The position numbers and the translations under genes are program-made. From assembly GCF_009914755.1 (NCBI RefSeq), contig NC_060942.1: 64,000 nt of DNA; one strand, given 5' to 3'. Below are positions 1 through 14,034 of the stretch, one piece after another; within the stretch, counting starts at the first letter, position 1, and each line of letters opens with the position of its first letter. Source of the DNA: the human T2T-CHM13v2.0 reference genome, Homo sapiens. The notes below the pieces were generated by a model. It was not told where the DNA came from. It saw only the letters and a program-made list of their open reading frames with translations, and did not search any database.

Positions 1-1670
1 TTCTTTCTAATGTAAGCATTTTCATGTTATTAATTTTCCTCCCAATACTGCTTTAGCTGTATCTCAAAACTTGACATGTTAAATTTTCAATTTGACATGT
101 TGGATTTTTATTTCCATTTATTCATTGTAGTTTTAAATTTCCATTGAGACTAATTATTTGACCCATGGATCAGTTAGAGGTGTATTTCTTAGTTTTCAAG
201 GGTTTGAATTTTTCTTTTTGCTACATTTCTGTTATTGATTTCTAGTTTAATTTTATTGTGGTCAGTCAATGATGGGGTACATAGATGATGACTATTTCAT
301 AAGATTGTAATACCATATCTTTACTATACCTTTTCTATGTTTGAATACAAAAATACTTACTATTGTGTTACAGTCACTGACAGTATTCAGTGTAGAAACA
401 ATACACTAAACCATGTAGCCTTGGTGTGTAGTAGGCTATACCATCTATGTTTGTGTGAATACACTTTTTGGTGTTTATACAATGATAAGATTTCTTAACG
501 ATGCATGTCCCAGAATGTAGCCTTGTCAGTAAGTAACGCACAACTCAATTTCAATAATTTTAAATTTATTGAGGTTTGTTTTATGACCCTGTAAATAGTC
601 CATCCTGATGACTTCTCCATGTACATTTGAAAAAATGTATATGTGCTGTTGTTGGTGAGGGCCAATCCTTTGATGGTTTTGTTGAATTCTTCTGTATCTT
701 CATTCTGATCAATTTTTGCTTCTTATGTTTTGTACTTCTGTTTGGTGCATACATATTTAGAGCTAACATATGCTTGTGGATTGATTTTCTAAATCATTTT
801 GTAATGCCCCATTTGTCTCTATTAATATTCAATTTGTTAGTATTTTATTTAAGGTTTCTGCATCTATATCCATAAGGGATATGATTAATTAATTATCTGT
901 AAATGCCTAAGTCTAGTTTTAGTATCAGAATAATACTCTGTCCATAAAATAGGCCTTCCTCTTATGTTGAAGAGCTTAAGGAGAATTGCTATTATTTATT
1001 AACTGACTTAATTCACCCATAATGTCATCTAGGCCTGGAATTTTCTTTGTAGAAAGCTTAACTATAAATTCAGTTTCTTTAGTAAACATAGGGCTACGTG
1101 GCTTACGTATTTCTTTTTGAGAGAGATTTGGCCATTTTTGTTATTCAATGATCTTTTCAATTTCATCTAAATTGTCTAATTATAGGCATAGACTTTATAA
1201 TATTTTCTTATTGTACTTTTAATGTCTATAGGATCTATAGTGATGTCTCTTTTATTCCTGATGTTGGCAATTTGTGTTTTTTTTTTTCCTGTTGGTCTAT
1301 CTAGCTAGAGATTTGTCAGTGTTAGTAATCAGTTCAAATAACTCCCTTCTGATTTTGTTGATAAGCTCCATTAATTTTTCTGATTGCAATTACATTGTAT
1401 TTTTATTTTTTTTCTATTTTCTATCTTGCTGTGAGTTTAAGTTGTCCTTCTTTTTCTACTGTCTTGAGACCAAGATTGAAATTATTGTCTTGAGAGGCTT
1501 CTTCTTTGATAATATAAGCATGTAATGCTATAATCTTCCCTTTAAGCATTGCTTTATTTGCATTTTACAAATTTTGATATGTTGTGTTTTAACTTTTGTT
1601 TCATTTAAAATATTTTCATTTCCATTTCCTTTTAATAATATATTATTTAAAAATGTTGTGTTTAAATTCA
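1..1670 (-). mobile_element. Old L1M ORF2 fragments (at least two pieces; 1-200 and 1500-1660 are homologous), interrupted by Tigger3a
   Basis: T-rich antisense L1 ORF2-like sequence, for example ctgctttagctgtatc and gctagagatttgtcagtgtt; the same L1 segment recurs at ~1500. Confidence 0.7.
262..545 (+). mobile_element. Tigger3a (MER7/Golem) DNA transposon fragment
   Basis: Matches the recalled consensus: cataagattgtaataccatatctttactataccttttctatgttt ... gtgtgtagtaggctataccatct. Confidence 0.75.
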
Positions 1671-2050
1671 AAATCTGACCCTGATGTAGCTTAAGTGATT
1701 AATAACTGTACTTTAGCAATGGAAGATATTCCAGTCAGTTTGATCTCACTAATTCTCATTCTGATTCTAAAAATGATGGAATTGCCCCTGATTTTCTTCT
1801 TGCAAGCAAAGGTGAAGTCTGTATAACCAATAATACTTCTGGCTGCACTTTTATTATTACCCTGTGTCAAGAGAGAAGGGTCAATATAGAAACTTAAGAA
1901 AACTACCTGGATTTCTAAGATGGTTTATGGGATTGTTCAGCTGTTTTGTCATGGTTTCTTGGGTGCATAGTTGAAATTAATGTCGCAAATTAGCTTTACT
2001 AAAGAATCACTAGCTGCTTAAGATAGTTTTGTAGTACTTCACATAAAAAA
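1668..2050 (+). mobile_element. Degenerate ERV (gamma-type) env transmembrane-subunit remnant
   Basis: Sequence from 1775 translates DGIAPDFLLASKGEVCITNNTSGCTFI, resembling the immunosuppressive domain plus CX6CC motif; flanked by heptad-like and KTTWISK/GLWD-like segments with stops and frameshifts. Confidence 0.7.
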
Positions 2051-3253
2051 TGATTATAGCTTTGACTAGGATATTGGCAATAAATGTAAAGTTCTCTTAT
2101 AGAAATATTTTGAAAGTAAAATTGACAAAAAAAATTGTCATGGAATTGATATGCACATGAAGGAGTTAAACCTTTTATGTGTGGTCCAAGTATTCTGCCT
2201 CATGCCAAAAAAGATTTTTGGCAAAAAAGAGGTTCCAACTAGGCAATCAAAATTAGTGTGAGGAAGTCAGGAAGATGATCATTGCTTTGGTCTTGAACAT
2301 TCCTAGTTTGAGTGGGTCTCATAACCTTGAAAATCATGGGGCCCAAGAAAGTCTGATGCCAAGCTCAATATCATAGGGGCAGGAAATTATACTCTTAAAA
2401 TTGGAGTAAATATAATTGATCAATGATTTAATCTACTCAGGTACAGTAAGATCTTATGTAGGCAGTCAAATACATAGGTTTCACCTTAAAGAAGAAACAT
2501 ATTTGTATTTCTCTGTGTATGATTGATGTTGGTTGGTATTTCCTAAAGTGAATAGAATAGAATGAGAAGAAAAGAACCTTGAGGAATTCTAACCTCTGTT
2601 AAACAAGTAGATGATGGGGACCTACAAATGAACAGAGCAATTGTGGGCAGAAATGTTGGACAAAACTAGGAATATATATATCACCAAAGCCAAGGGAAGG
2701 AAGTGTTTCAACCAGGAAGTGGAGATCAAGATAAAAACCAAGAGTTCTGATTGTTATTGAGCCTGTAAATACAATGAAGTCTAAAATTAACTATTTGATT
2801 ATATGGCTTATATGTAAAAATATCTCCTAACATCCAGCATTTCCTTAACTGTAAATATAACTTTTTGGCTTATGGTATTTACTGCCTTTTTTTTTCAGGT
2901 AACACTACCTATTTTCTATAATTGCTATGCTGAATTTTTGTAACTTTGTTGTTTTTATCTGATGGATAGATAAGGAAGGCAGGTAATTTAAAAAGTAATC
3001 TATAAATAAAGATGAAAGGCCTGTTCATATAATTTAGAGATATTTATAATGCTTACTGGCAGGTGCTATGAAAGATGCCAAGAATCCACTAGAAAGATAT
3101 ATAAGAAGTTTGAAATTGTTTTTATGATGCTGAAAAGAGGCTGAAATTTTAAAATATTGAAAATATGTTGGAATAATGAATAATAAATATTATCTTTCAA
3201 TATTCTGGAATAAGAGTCTTCAAAACTACTTGGATTGAAACACCATTATGCAC

Positions 3254-4131
<878 letters not shown>

Positions 4132-6052
4132 TGGGCTTATATTAAATCTTCATGTATTTCCTTGAATTGAAATTTCGTAAGCCCATGGTCTGAAAGGTCT
4201 CTTGCAACAGCGCTTATTTCAGGCTAACCCTGAAGCCTTTGCATGATTAGAAAGAAAATACTTGGGCTAATCTCAGTGTTTCTCCATTCATATTCTCTAC
4301 TTCCTATTAGTAATTGATGAATCACTTATCCACTATAATTCGAGCAGAAGTTGGCTTTATATGAAAGAAGAAGAAATTTGCTGATCTTTGAGTTTGCCAC
4401 TGTTATTTCAATAGCTGAATACTATGTTCACTTTTGGACTAGATCTACCCATTAATTAACTTGGTTTTACACCATTGAAACCATAGCTTCTAAGACCAAT
4501 GTAGAATCAGGCTTTTCCAAGAAAATATATATGGCCAAGAACTACTAACCTCTGAGTAAGTGAAATTGAGGACATTCATGCAGAGTTGTGTAATTGTGTA
4601 CTGCACTAGGCACCACATCTAAGTGTGAGTCATTCACGTTGTAGACATCATAGATGTGTATATTCATTATGAAAAATTTCCTGGAACATGGCAGTAAAGT
4701 ATCATTTTAAGAAAATCAATACATTATGCAAATTTTCCTATAAGTGGAAGTGAAGTATCTGGAGATAGGGATGCTTTTTAGTAATTTTTACAAATGTACC
4801 ATATGAGCCACTGGTAACCCTGAGTACCTTCAAATGACTCAGTAGCGCATGATGTCCACTCAGCCATAAAGCTTTATTTCATAAGAAAGCATGGCCTACT
4901 TAGCAATAGAATTCTCTCCAAAAGTCACTCTTATGCTAATCCTGAAAAATACAATTCAACTATCACCACAAAAAAGATTCCGGAAAAAAAGTACCTATAT
5001 TGTTACAACCCTAAGCATACCCTTTTTAGTTGCTAATCATTGGAAGAACAATTATACCACATACTTACATTTAAAAATGAGAAACTCAGAGCAATTTAAA
5101 TGGCAAGCTTCCAGTTCTACAAAAATTATAAAACTATAAAATTGACTGACCTAAACTAAATGACTCAGTAGAGTGGCTGAGGAAAGGACAGTAGGAAAAA
5201 AGGTCCCTCACCACCCTCTGATGTTTCTTTCTTGGTTGCACGCTAGTAGTCAGATGCTAGATCAATATTAGCCATTTAGCAGTGTGTTAAGAGATGTGGC
5301 TTAGGTGACTGATACTGTACACAACTCACAGCTTATATTTACCTTCACTTGTAGTATTTTATCATTTGGGATGATAGTAGTAGAGTTTTTGTTTAATTAG
5401 AGATGCTAGGAATTATTACATAAAGACAAGACATTGAAATAAAAACATATTATAAAAAACATATCAGACATTTAAGTTCAGAGTTGGTAATTGGCAACTT
5501 AAGGTGTATTTGAAAGCCAGAGAGCCTCTATGGCAGCTGTAACGTATACAATTTTCTCCTGCAATTGCAGGTTGAACTGTGCTAAAAAACAGGCCAGGAT
5601 TCATATTTTAATACTGGCCCAGTGACAAAAGAAGCTTTATTTGAAAATTTTCATGTTTTCTTTGTCCAACTCATGGTTCTTCTAGGGAAAATGGAACCCT
5701 GAGACATAGGATTGGAAAATTTGCGTTTTAAAAAAAAACTAAAAAATATTGACTCCAAATTACTTTAAGTTCTTCTGGGTAGCAAAAGTGGCTCCTATGT
5801 TTTGCCTAGAGATTGTCTTCTCACCTGAAGCAATGTCTAAGCAAAAGGATGCTTGCTTTCCTTAGGAACTATTCTCACCTCCCTTCCATGAGTTTAGGTC
5901 TCAATACAGCCTAAATAGAGAAATTCAAGCTCTATACACCAAAAGGATTTCAGGTCTGGCTAATATTTACTGGCAAAAACTAGAGAAACACATTTGGGAG
6001 TGAATCAAGAGAGTTAGGCTGAAGGGAGGAGATTAATATAAGGCGAAATAGA

Positions 6053-6498
6053 TGTGTTAGTTTACTATAGGCGCTGTAACAAACTAACTTAATAACAGTG
6101 ATTTAAAATAACATAGATGTGCCATCTTAGTATCCTGTAGGTCAAATGTCTAAAATGCATCAGCAAGGCTGTGTTCACTCTGGAGGCCCTGGGAAAGAAA
6201 GGATTTCCTTGCTTTTCTAGCTTTTAGAGGCTACCCACATTCCTTGGTTTGTTCTTCCTTCCTTGAATTGTTCCAACCTCTCCTTCAGTTGTCCTATCTT
6301 CTATTCTGACCCTCACTCTCCTGCCTCCCTCTGACCCTGTGATAACATTAGTCCTAATTGGATAATATCCCCATCTCAAGCTCCTCAACATAAACACATC
6401 TAAAATGCCCCCTATCCATGTAAGTTAACATGTTTGTTCACAAGCTACAAGAATTAGGACACGGACACATTTAGGGAGCTATTATTATGCTTACCACA
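6053..6498 (-). mobile_element. MLT1-family MaLR solo LTR inserted in ERVL gag
   Basis: TG...CA ends; perfect 5-bp TSD ataga at 6048-6052 and 6499-6503. Confidence 0.85.
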
Positions 6499-7499
6499 AT
6501 AGAAGAGAATTATTAACATAGGAGAGAATTATTAACACAAACTCTCCCATGTTTTAGAATTCGATGTTTTGCAAGGATACTTGGAACTCATTCTAATGAT
6601 ATTCTGGGATAGCCCTGAAATATAGTCATAACTGTTTCTACAGTAAACAAAGTAAAGATGCCAGAACATGCTGGCATAGTATTAAAGGCAAGTGAACTCA
6701 AGTGGTTACATATATCAATATGGATATCTTAATGCCAGTCAAATAAACTATCACTTGACTGTGCTCTACAGGAGGGTCCAGAGAACATTTTCTTCACTAA
6801 TGTGCTAAGAAAGCCATTGATGATGTGGACACCTGCATTTCTGAGAATCTCAGTAATGGCTTTCCTTTGTAGGTCTGTGTTTTCAGTGGAAGAAACTGCT
6901 GTGCAACTGAGTTTTCTATTATCAGCAGGAATGCTTGGATCCCTAAATGGCAGAGGCCAAGTATCAGTACTTAAACATGAAAGGTAGGATGGTCATTACT
7001 GCCACTATAGAAGTCAAGGCTACAGTGACAATCAATATGCTACAACTGTCAATAATATTTGGTAGTAGCTAACAGGCCATGGTATTCCTAGAAGACAACT
7101 AGACAGCTGTTTAGGGTATTGATCAAATTATATAATCAGAGAAATGTTAAGAGCTAAGTAGCAGAAGACTGACATCGAATTCCAGAATGGAAAATCAGGA
7201 TTCCTAACTTAGGTCCCAGATTTCTACCAGTTCACAGATCCAGAGACTGCCATTTGGAATGAGCTTGGGTTGCCTTGAGGAAGGACCCTGAAAATCCTCC
7301 ACAATTACATATTGTAAATGTTATTCTACTACCTCTCCTAGGAGTCCTGCAGCAAACCATAGGTTAACAGTACAATAAAGAAAAGTAAATACTCAGAATT
7401 TTCAGGGACGGTTAGATATAAGGTCTTATGACACTGATAGCAGGAGACACAAAATGGCACTATGGTTTTAAGTTACAGTGGGCATTAGAGGCCAAGTAA

Positions 7500-7838
7500 T
7501 GTTGTGGGACTTTTCCTTAGTTTAGCGAAAGATGGGGTCCTTGTCACATAGCTACAAAAATTTAGGCTTGCAGATGATTTGAAGGGTGAGAAAGGCTGGG
7601 TTTTATTGGGTGAAAAGGAAAATAAGGGGAAACGGGGACTCTCTGCATAGCCAGAGTTCCCCTAGTGTGCTTCCCACCTTGCAGCTTGAATTCCAGGTCC
7701 CACCCAGGAAGAGGAGGGGCCAGGCTCCTCCCCACTGCAAATGGGCAAACTTCTGTGGCTCTACCCCAGTGTGGGCTCTTCCCAGTGCATAGACCAGTTA
7801 GAGTTCTGCCAGGGAGCCATTTCCACCTGGCTGTCTCA
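7500..7838 (-). mobile_element. ERV1 solo LTR (MER61-like) inserted in ERVL protease region
   Basis: tgttg...tctca ends; 4-bp TSD gtaa at 7496-7499 and 7839-7842; family name from recall. Confidence 0.7.
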
Positions 7839-8400
7839 GTAATAAATGGAGTTTTGGTCTGAGTCAGTTGGTTAAAGAGATCCATGGACCAACACTGTAA
7901 TTATTTCTCTGTTACCTGGATATATAATGGGCACAGACACCTTCAGCAGTGGGTAGAACATTATTCACATTGCTTCCCTAATGAGTAAAGGTGATTGTGG
8001 CAGGAGGAGCCAAATGGAAGCTTTGAATATGTTTATTATTTTCATCATCAAAGTTTTAAACTGAAGGGGAGGAAAAAAATTCTTTTCCTTCTACCCTTCT
8101 AAGTCTTTAGCTGGGATCCCTCTAATAAAAGACAGATTAGCTACAGAAAAACAAACAAGTTTATTAACATATTTATCTCATATGTACATGGGAAACACCC
8201 AAGAAAATTAGTAACTTGAAGAGGTGGCTTAGGGCTCTGACTTATACAGCATCTTTAACAAAAGACAATACATTTGTAGAAAATGACAGGACAAGGAAAA
8301 GTGAATTTAGGCTTCTAAGAGTGGCAAACTGTGAGAAGGGAAATATATGACAGCGAACTGATGGAATACGGTTTGCTTGCAGATTTCTCTAGTGCCATAT

Positions 8401-9382
<982 letters not shown>

Positions 9383-9721
9383 ATATCTCTGGACTGATAA
9401 GAGTCTGGAGTCTTCTCTATTAAGAGATAATATATATCCTGCCTTTAGGCATAAAAGGGGGAGGATAGAGAAAGCGTTTCCTGCATTTGCAGCATCTTAA
9501 TTGCTTTTAGCTCAAAATAATTTTTATGTCAAAGAGGCATATGTTGGGGTGATACATTCTGGTTTCCTTTAATACCATAAGTAATTATTTATTCAGGTAA
9601 GAATTAAAGAGATGAAAACCACCATCAAAAATGCAGAGGAAGTCGTCCTTATTCATCTGGCCTTTGTGAAAACAGATGGTTCAAGGTGGATGATGGTGCC
9701 CTACCATAAATTTAAACTGCG

Positions 9722-10148
9722 TGTCAGGGTCTAGGATTTTACCCTTCTTACAAGCTAGTGTGAGCCTGTTAATATTTAATTAATGCTAACAGAAAACATG
9801 AAACTCCTCAGTCAGAGACAAAATACCTTTTTATTAATGACACAGAAAGCTGCAGGGGCATTATGTTGGGCTGGTTTCCCCTGCTTCCAAGTCCTCAGGA
9901 GCAATGCAGAGTGGCTTAGGTGAATGTTGTGTATGCGGTGAATTTGCATCGCGATGGAGAAGCACAGAGATGGGGAGATGTAATGTCCAGAGGGAGACAT
10001 TATCTCTTCCCTCAAAGTTACTTATTGGAAATTGTGCCCTGACAAATGGCCCAGGAAGGTATGTCTGGTGAGGACCTTTCATTCTTAGCATATCCAGAAA
10101 GAACATTCAGGGACACTTAATTCCAATGGCAGATTGCCTCTCTTAACA
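9722..10148 (-). mobile_element. ERVL-class LTR of the MER54/MER73/MER74 group, inserted in ERVL RT
   Basis: tgtca...taaca ends; reverse complement agcttgtaagaagggtaaaatcctagaccctgaca is typical of this group; RT sequence continues on both sides. Confidence 0.6.
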
Positions 10149-10769
10149 TAGTGGAAGCTCCAATCACAGACGCCGTGTCAGATGTAATATTTTCAACAGA
10201 ACATATCAACACAGCCTCTGGCACTTAGTACGTGGCCTTTTATCTGGCAACTGCTTTTTTCTCCATAACCATCATCAGTGAGGATTAAGAACAGTTTGCA
10301 CTTAAATGGCAAGAATAGCAGCACACATTCACTGTCTTGCCCCAGGGCTATGCTACTTCTGCTGTCTTTCATAATGAAGTATATAGAGACCTCAGTAATC
10401 TTGATAGTCTAAAGAAAATCATGCTGGTCCACCCAATTCATGACATTGTGCTAATTAAACCTGGTAACTGGAAAATTATAATTCTCCTAAATGTTCCATA
10501 AAGGTACATGTATACCACGAAGTGGAGGATAAACTCCATCAACATTCAGGAGAAGGCCATACCAGTAGAGGGTATCAGTCATGCAGGGATATCTCCCTAT
10601 AAGGCAAAGAGAAAGTTGCCATACTTTGCGACTATTACCATTAGGATACAAGAGATAAGTGGTTAATTTCGGAAGGCCACATTTACCTCCCTTAAAAATA
10701 GTTATAACAGAGAGACCATTGCAGCTTTTAACACGCTGCATCTTTTTTCCCTGTTCCCAGCCCTTCCTC

Positions 10770-11790
10770 TGGTTAAAAGAAAAACCTGAAACAATTTAAA
10801 TTGAACAGAGTTTAATTGGTAAAAGAGAAATTTGTGAATTGCGCAGCCCCTGAAACGGGACAGATTTGTTACCGGAAAGCGGTTCCAGATCCAGACCCCA
10901 GGACAGGATTCTTGGTTTTTGCACATAAAAGAACTCAAGGAGAATCCATAAAGTGGAAGCAGTTTATTAAGAAAGTAAAGGAATAAAAGAATGGCTATTC
11001 CATTGGTCAGTCTTGTGGGCTGCTCAGCTGATTATACTTATCGTTATTTCTTGATTATATGCTAAACAGGGGTGGATTTTTCATGAGTTTTCTGGGAAAG
11101 AGGTGGGCAATTACTGGAACTGAGGGTTTCTCCACCTTTTAGACCATATAGGGTAACTTCCTGACGTTGCCATGGCATTTGTAAACTGTCATTGTGCTAG
11201 TGGGAGTGTCTTTTAGCATGCTAATACATTATAATTAGCATATAATGAGCAGTGAGGATGACCAGAGGTCACTTTAGTGGCCACCTTGGTTTTGGTGGAT
11301 TTCGGTTGGCTTCTTTACTGCAATCTGTTTTATCAGCAAGGTCTTCGTGACGTGTACCTTGTGCTGACTCCCTATCTCATCCTGTGACTAAGAACACCTA
11401 GCCACCTGGGAATGCAGCCCAGTGGGTCTCAGCCTTCCTTCACCCAGTCCCATTCAAGAGAGAGTTGCTCTGGTTCAAATGCCTCTGACGGGCTGAGAGA
11501 GGCTCCAGGGCTACCACCTGGTTTGAGAAGGTTTATGAACAGAAAAAGGAAAGGAAGAAAAAAGAAAGTGCCCTACAGAAAACAGAAATGAGGTACAAAA
11601 ACAGCAGATTGGTGACAGCTTGGAATTTGCCTTACTTGAACCTGGTTTGAACAGTTGGCTGCCTTTGATTGGCTGAAACTCAGTGATAGGCACAAGGGTA
11701 GGTTACAGTCGGTTCACACCTCCAGTTAGGTTACAGTTCACAATGTACCTTTAAGACATCTCAAGAGGCACCTTTAGGCTAAACTTAACA
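10770..11790 (-). mobile_element. MER57 ERV1 LTR, split by MER41B
   Basis: gttaaaagaaaaac at the left end; ctttaggctaaacttaaca at the right end; tgattggctgaaactcagtga and ggttacag repeats. Confidence 0.85.
10867..11490 (-). mobile_element. MER41B-like solo LTR
   Basis: tgttaccggaaag...gatccagacccc start; gcatgctaatacattataattagcatataatgagcagtgagga; ends gttcaaatgcctctgac. Confidence 0.85.
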
Positions 11791-12018
11791 TTTTTTCCTT
11801 CCACTCTCACTTTCCTCCTCTGCAGCTCTTTTGTTTGTTCATTTTTTCCTGAGCCCCAGTCCATTTTGGATTTTGGGCTTGTAATGGACAAAGCCAGGGC
11901 TTGGGGAGCCAGTACGGCTCAGAGAGCACAGATGACTTGAGAAACCTACAGGTCTTCCCCTGGGGGTCCAGACTGGATATCATAAGATTCCAGGGTTATC
12001 AGCCAAAGCTGGCTCATA

Positions 12019-12540
12019 TGACCTTGGGGTCACGTGCCAGACTTGGATAGGTACAAAAGCAGGACCGGATTCCAGGAGAACCACGGAACCCGGAAGCAGA
12101 CCAGCCTGCTGGTGCCTGCTCTCGCGAGGCCCTGCAGACCCACATGACAGCGAGGGGCGGAGCAGTGCTGCTCATGTCTGCCCTCCTGGCCAAGAAGAGA
12201 CTCCTTGGGCCGGCGAGGCAGCTGCAGGCCGTCTCAGTCCCTGGGATGCTGCCGCCCGGGAGAGCTGCCCTCGCACTCAGCTGCCTGCCGGGTCCACAGG
12301 CTCCTCCTCAGGACTCCTGCATTTTCCCCTGGCCCTGGCTTCCACAGAGCTTCCCGCATTGCCCCAGGCCCCAGACCGCATCCTGTTTCTGGTGGAAATG
12401 GCAGCGGGACTGCTGCAGAACTTGGCAGTGGCCCCAGTGAACTCAGACAAACGAGACTGTAAGAACGAGATTTGCCATTTGCTACAGACGTGCTAAATAG
12501 CAGCTCTCGTGGTAAAGAGAACGCTTCTGACCCGGGCCTG
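12019..12540. promoter_or_regulatory. CpG-rich, promoter-like segment (E-box, ETS, BANP-like and GC-box motifs)
   Basis: GTCACGTG 12029, CCGGAAG 12090, TCTCGCGAGG 12120, GGGGCGGAG 12154; 24 CpGs in ~510 bp by manual count. Activity is not demonstrated. Confidence 0.4.
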
Positions 12541-13420
12541 ATGATTGCTTTTGTCACAAGAAGTGCAAGTTACTGTGTCCAACTGCTGAATTTTATTTGT
12601 AACTTATCAGACGCACTTATTTTCCCCAGTGCCAGCGCCAAGGAATCAAGAATCCATAGCTGACAGGAAAGCAAACGGATAAAAATACAGTTGGGTTAAT
12701 GGCAACCAGGTCTACATGAATAAAGTAATTATGCTCTGTGATGTCACCGTCCAGGCATACCTTTCTTTTCTTTTTCCTTTTTTGAGGCAAGGTCTTGCTC
12801 TGACACCCAGGCTGGAGTGCAGTGGCGTGATCATGGCTCACTGCAACCTCTGCCTCCCCAGTTCAAGTCACCCTCCCACCTCAGCCTCCGGAGTAGCTCC
12901 GGCTACAGATGGATGCCACTATTGTGTCCGGAATTGGTGGGTTCTTGGTCTCACTGACTTCAAGAATGAAGCCGGGGACCCTCGCAGTGAGTGTTACAGT
13001 TCTTAAAGGCAGCGTGTCCTGAGTTTCTTCCGTCTGATGTTCGGATGTGTTCAGAGTTTCTTTCTTCTGGTGGGTTCGTGGTCTCGCTGGCTCAGGAGTG
13101 AAGCTGCAGACCTTCGCAGTAAGGGTTACAGTTCATAAAGACAGTATGGACCCAAAGAGTGAGCAATAGCAAGATTTATTGCAAAGAGCGAAAATACAAA
13201 GCTTCCACAGTTTGGAAGGGGACGAAAGCGGGTTGCCACTGCTGGCTCAGGCAGCCTGCTTTTATTCTCTTATCTGGCCCCACCCACATCCTGCTGATTG
13301 GTCCATTTTACAGAGAGCCGATTGGTCTGTTTTACAGAGAGCTGATTGGTCCATTTTGACAGGGTGCTGATTGGTGCGTTTACAATCCCTGAGCTAGACA
13401 CAAAAGTTCTCCGTGTCCCC

Positions 13421-13900
13421 ACTAGATTAGCTAGATACAGAGTGTCCACTGGTGTATTTACAAACCCTGAGCTAGACACAGAGTGCTGATTGGTGCATTT
13501 ACAAACCTTGAGCTAGATACAGAGTGCCGATTGGTGCATTCACAATCCCTTAGCTAGACATAAAGATTCTCCAAGTCCCCACCAGATTAGCTAGATACAG
13601 AGTGCCGATTGGTGCATCCACAAACCCAGAGCTAGACACACGGTGCTGATTGGTGTGTTTACAAACCTTGAGCTAGATACAGAGTGCTGATTGGTGTATT
13701 CACAATCCCTTAGCTAGACATAAAGATTCTCCAAGTCCCCACCAGATTAGCTAGATACAGAGTGCCAATTGGTGCATCCACAAACCCTGAGCTAGACACA
13801 GGGTGCTGATTGCTGTGTTCACAAACCTTGAGCTAGACACAGCGTGCTGATTGGTGCACTCACAATCCCTTAGCTAGACACAAAAGTTCTCCAAGTCCCC
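13421..13900. repeat. 160-bp unit x3 within the U3 enhancer of the outer LTR12
   Basis: ac(t/c)agattagctagatacagagtg, preceded by gtcccc, begins at 13421, 13581 and 13741; the next gtcccc ends at 13900. Confidence 0.9.
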
Positions 13901-14034
13901 AGTAGACTCAGGAGTCCAGCTGGCCTCACCCAGTGGCTCAGGCATGGCGGGCTGCAGGTCCCAAGCCCTGCCCCGCGGGGAGGCAGCTACTAAGGCCTGG
14001 CGAGAAATCCAGCACAGCCCCAGTGGGCTGGCAC

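Noticed and set aside
10149-10703. Potentially active reverse transcriptase
   Set aside because: Catalytic residues are lost (DLANAFF to YLATAFF; YIDD to PIHD), there are in-frame stops, and the gene is split by insertions.
11791-11830. Pyrimidine tract next to MER57 read as a polypurine tract, which would make the block a MER57 internal region
   Set aside because: There is no partner LTR at the far end, and the tract continues on the other side of the LTR. Disfavoured but not fully excluded.
13290-13900. Regularly spaced repeats superficially like a CRISPR array
   Set aside because: There are no unique spacers and no cas genes; these are LTR12 enhancer repeats in primate DNA.
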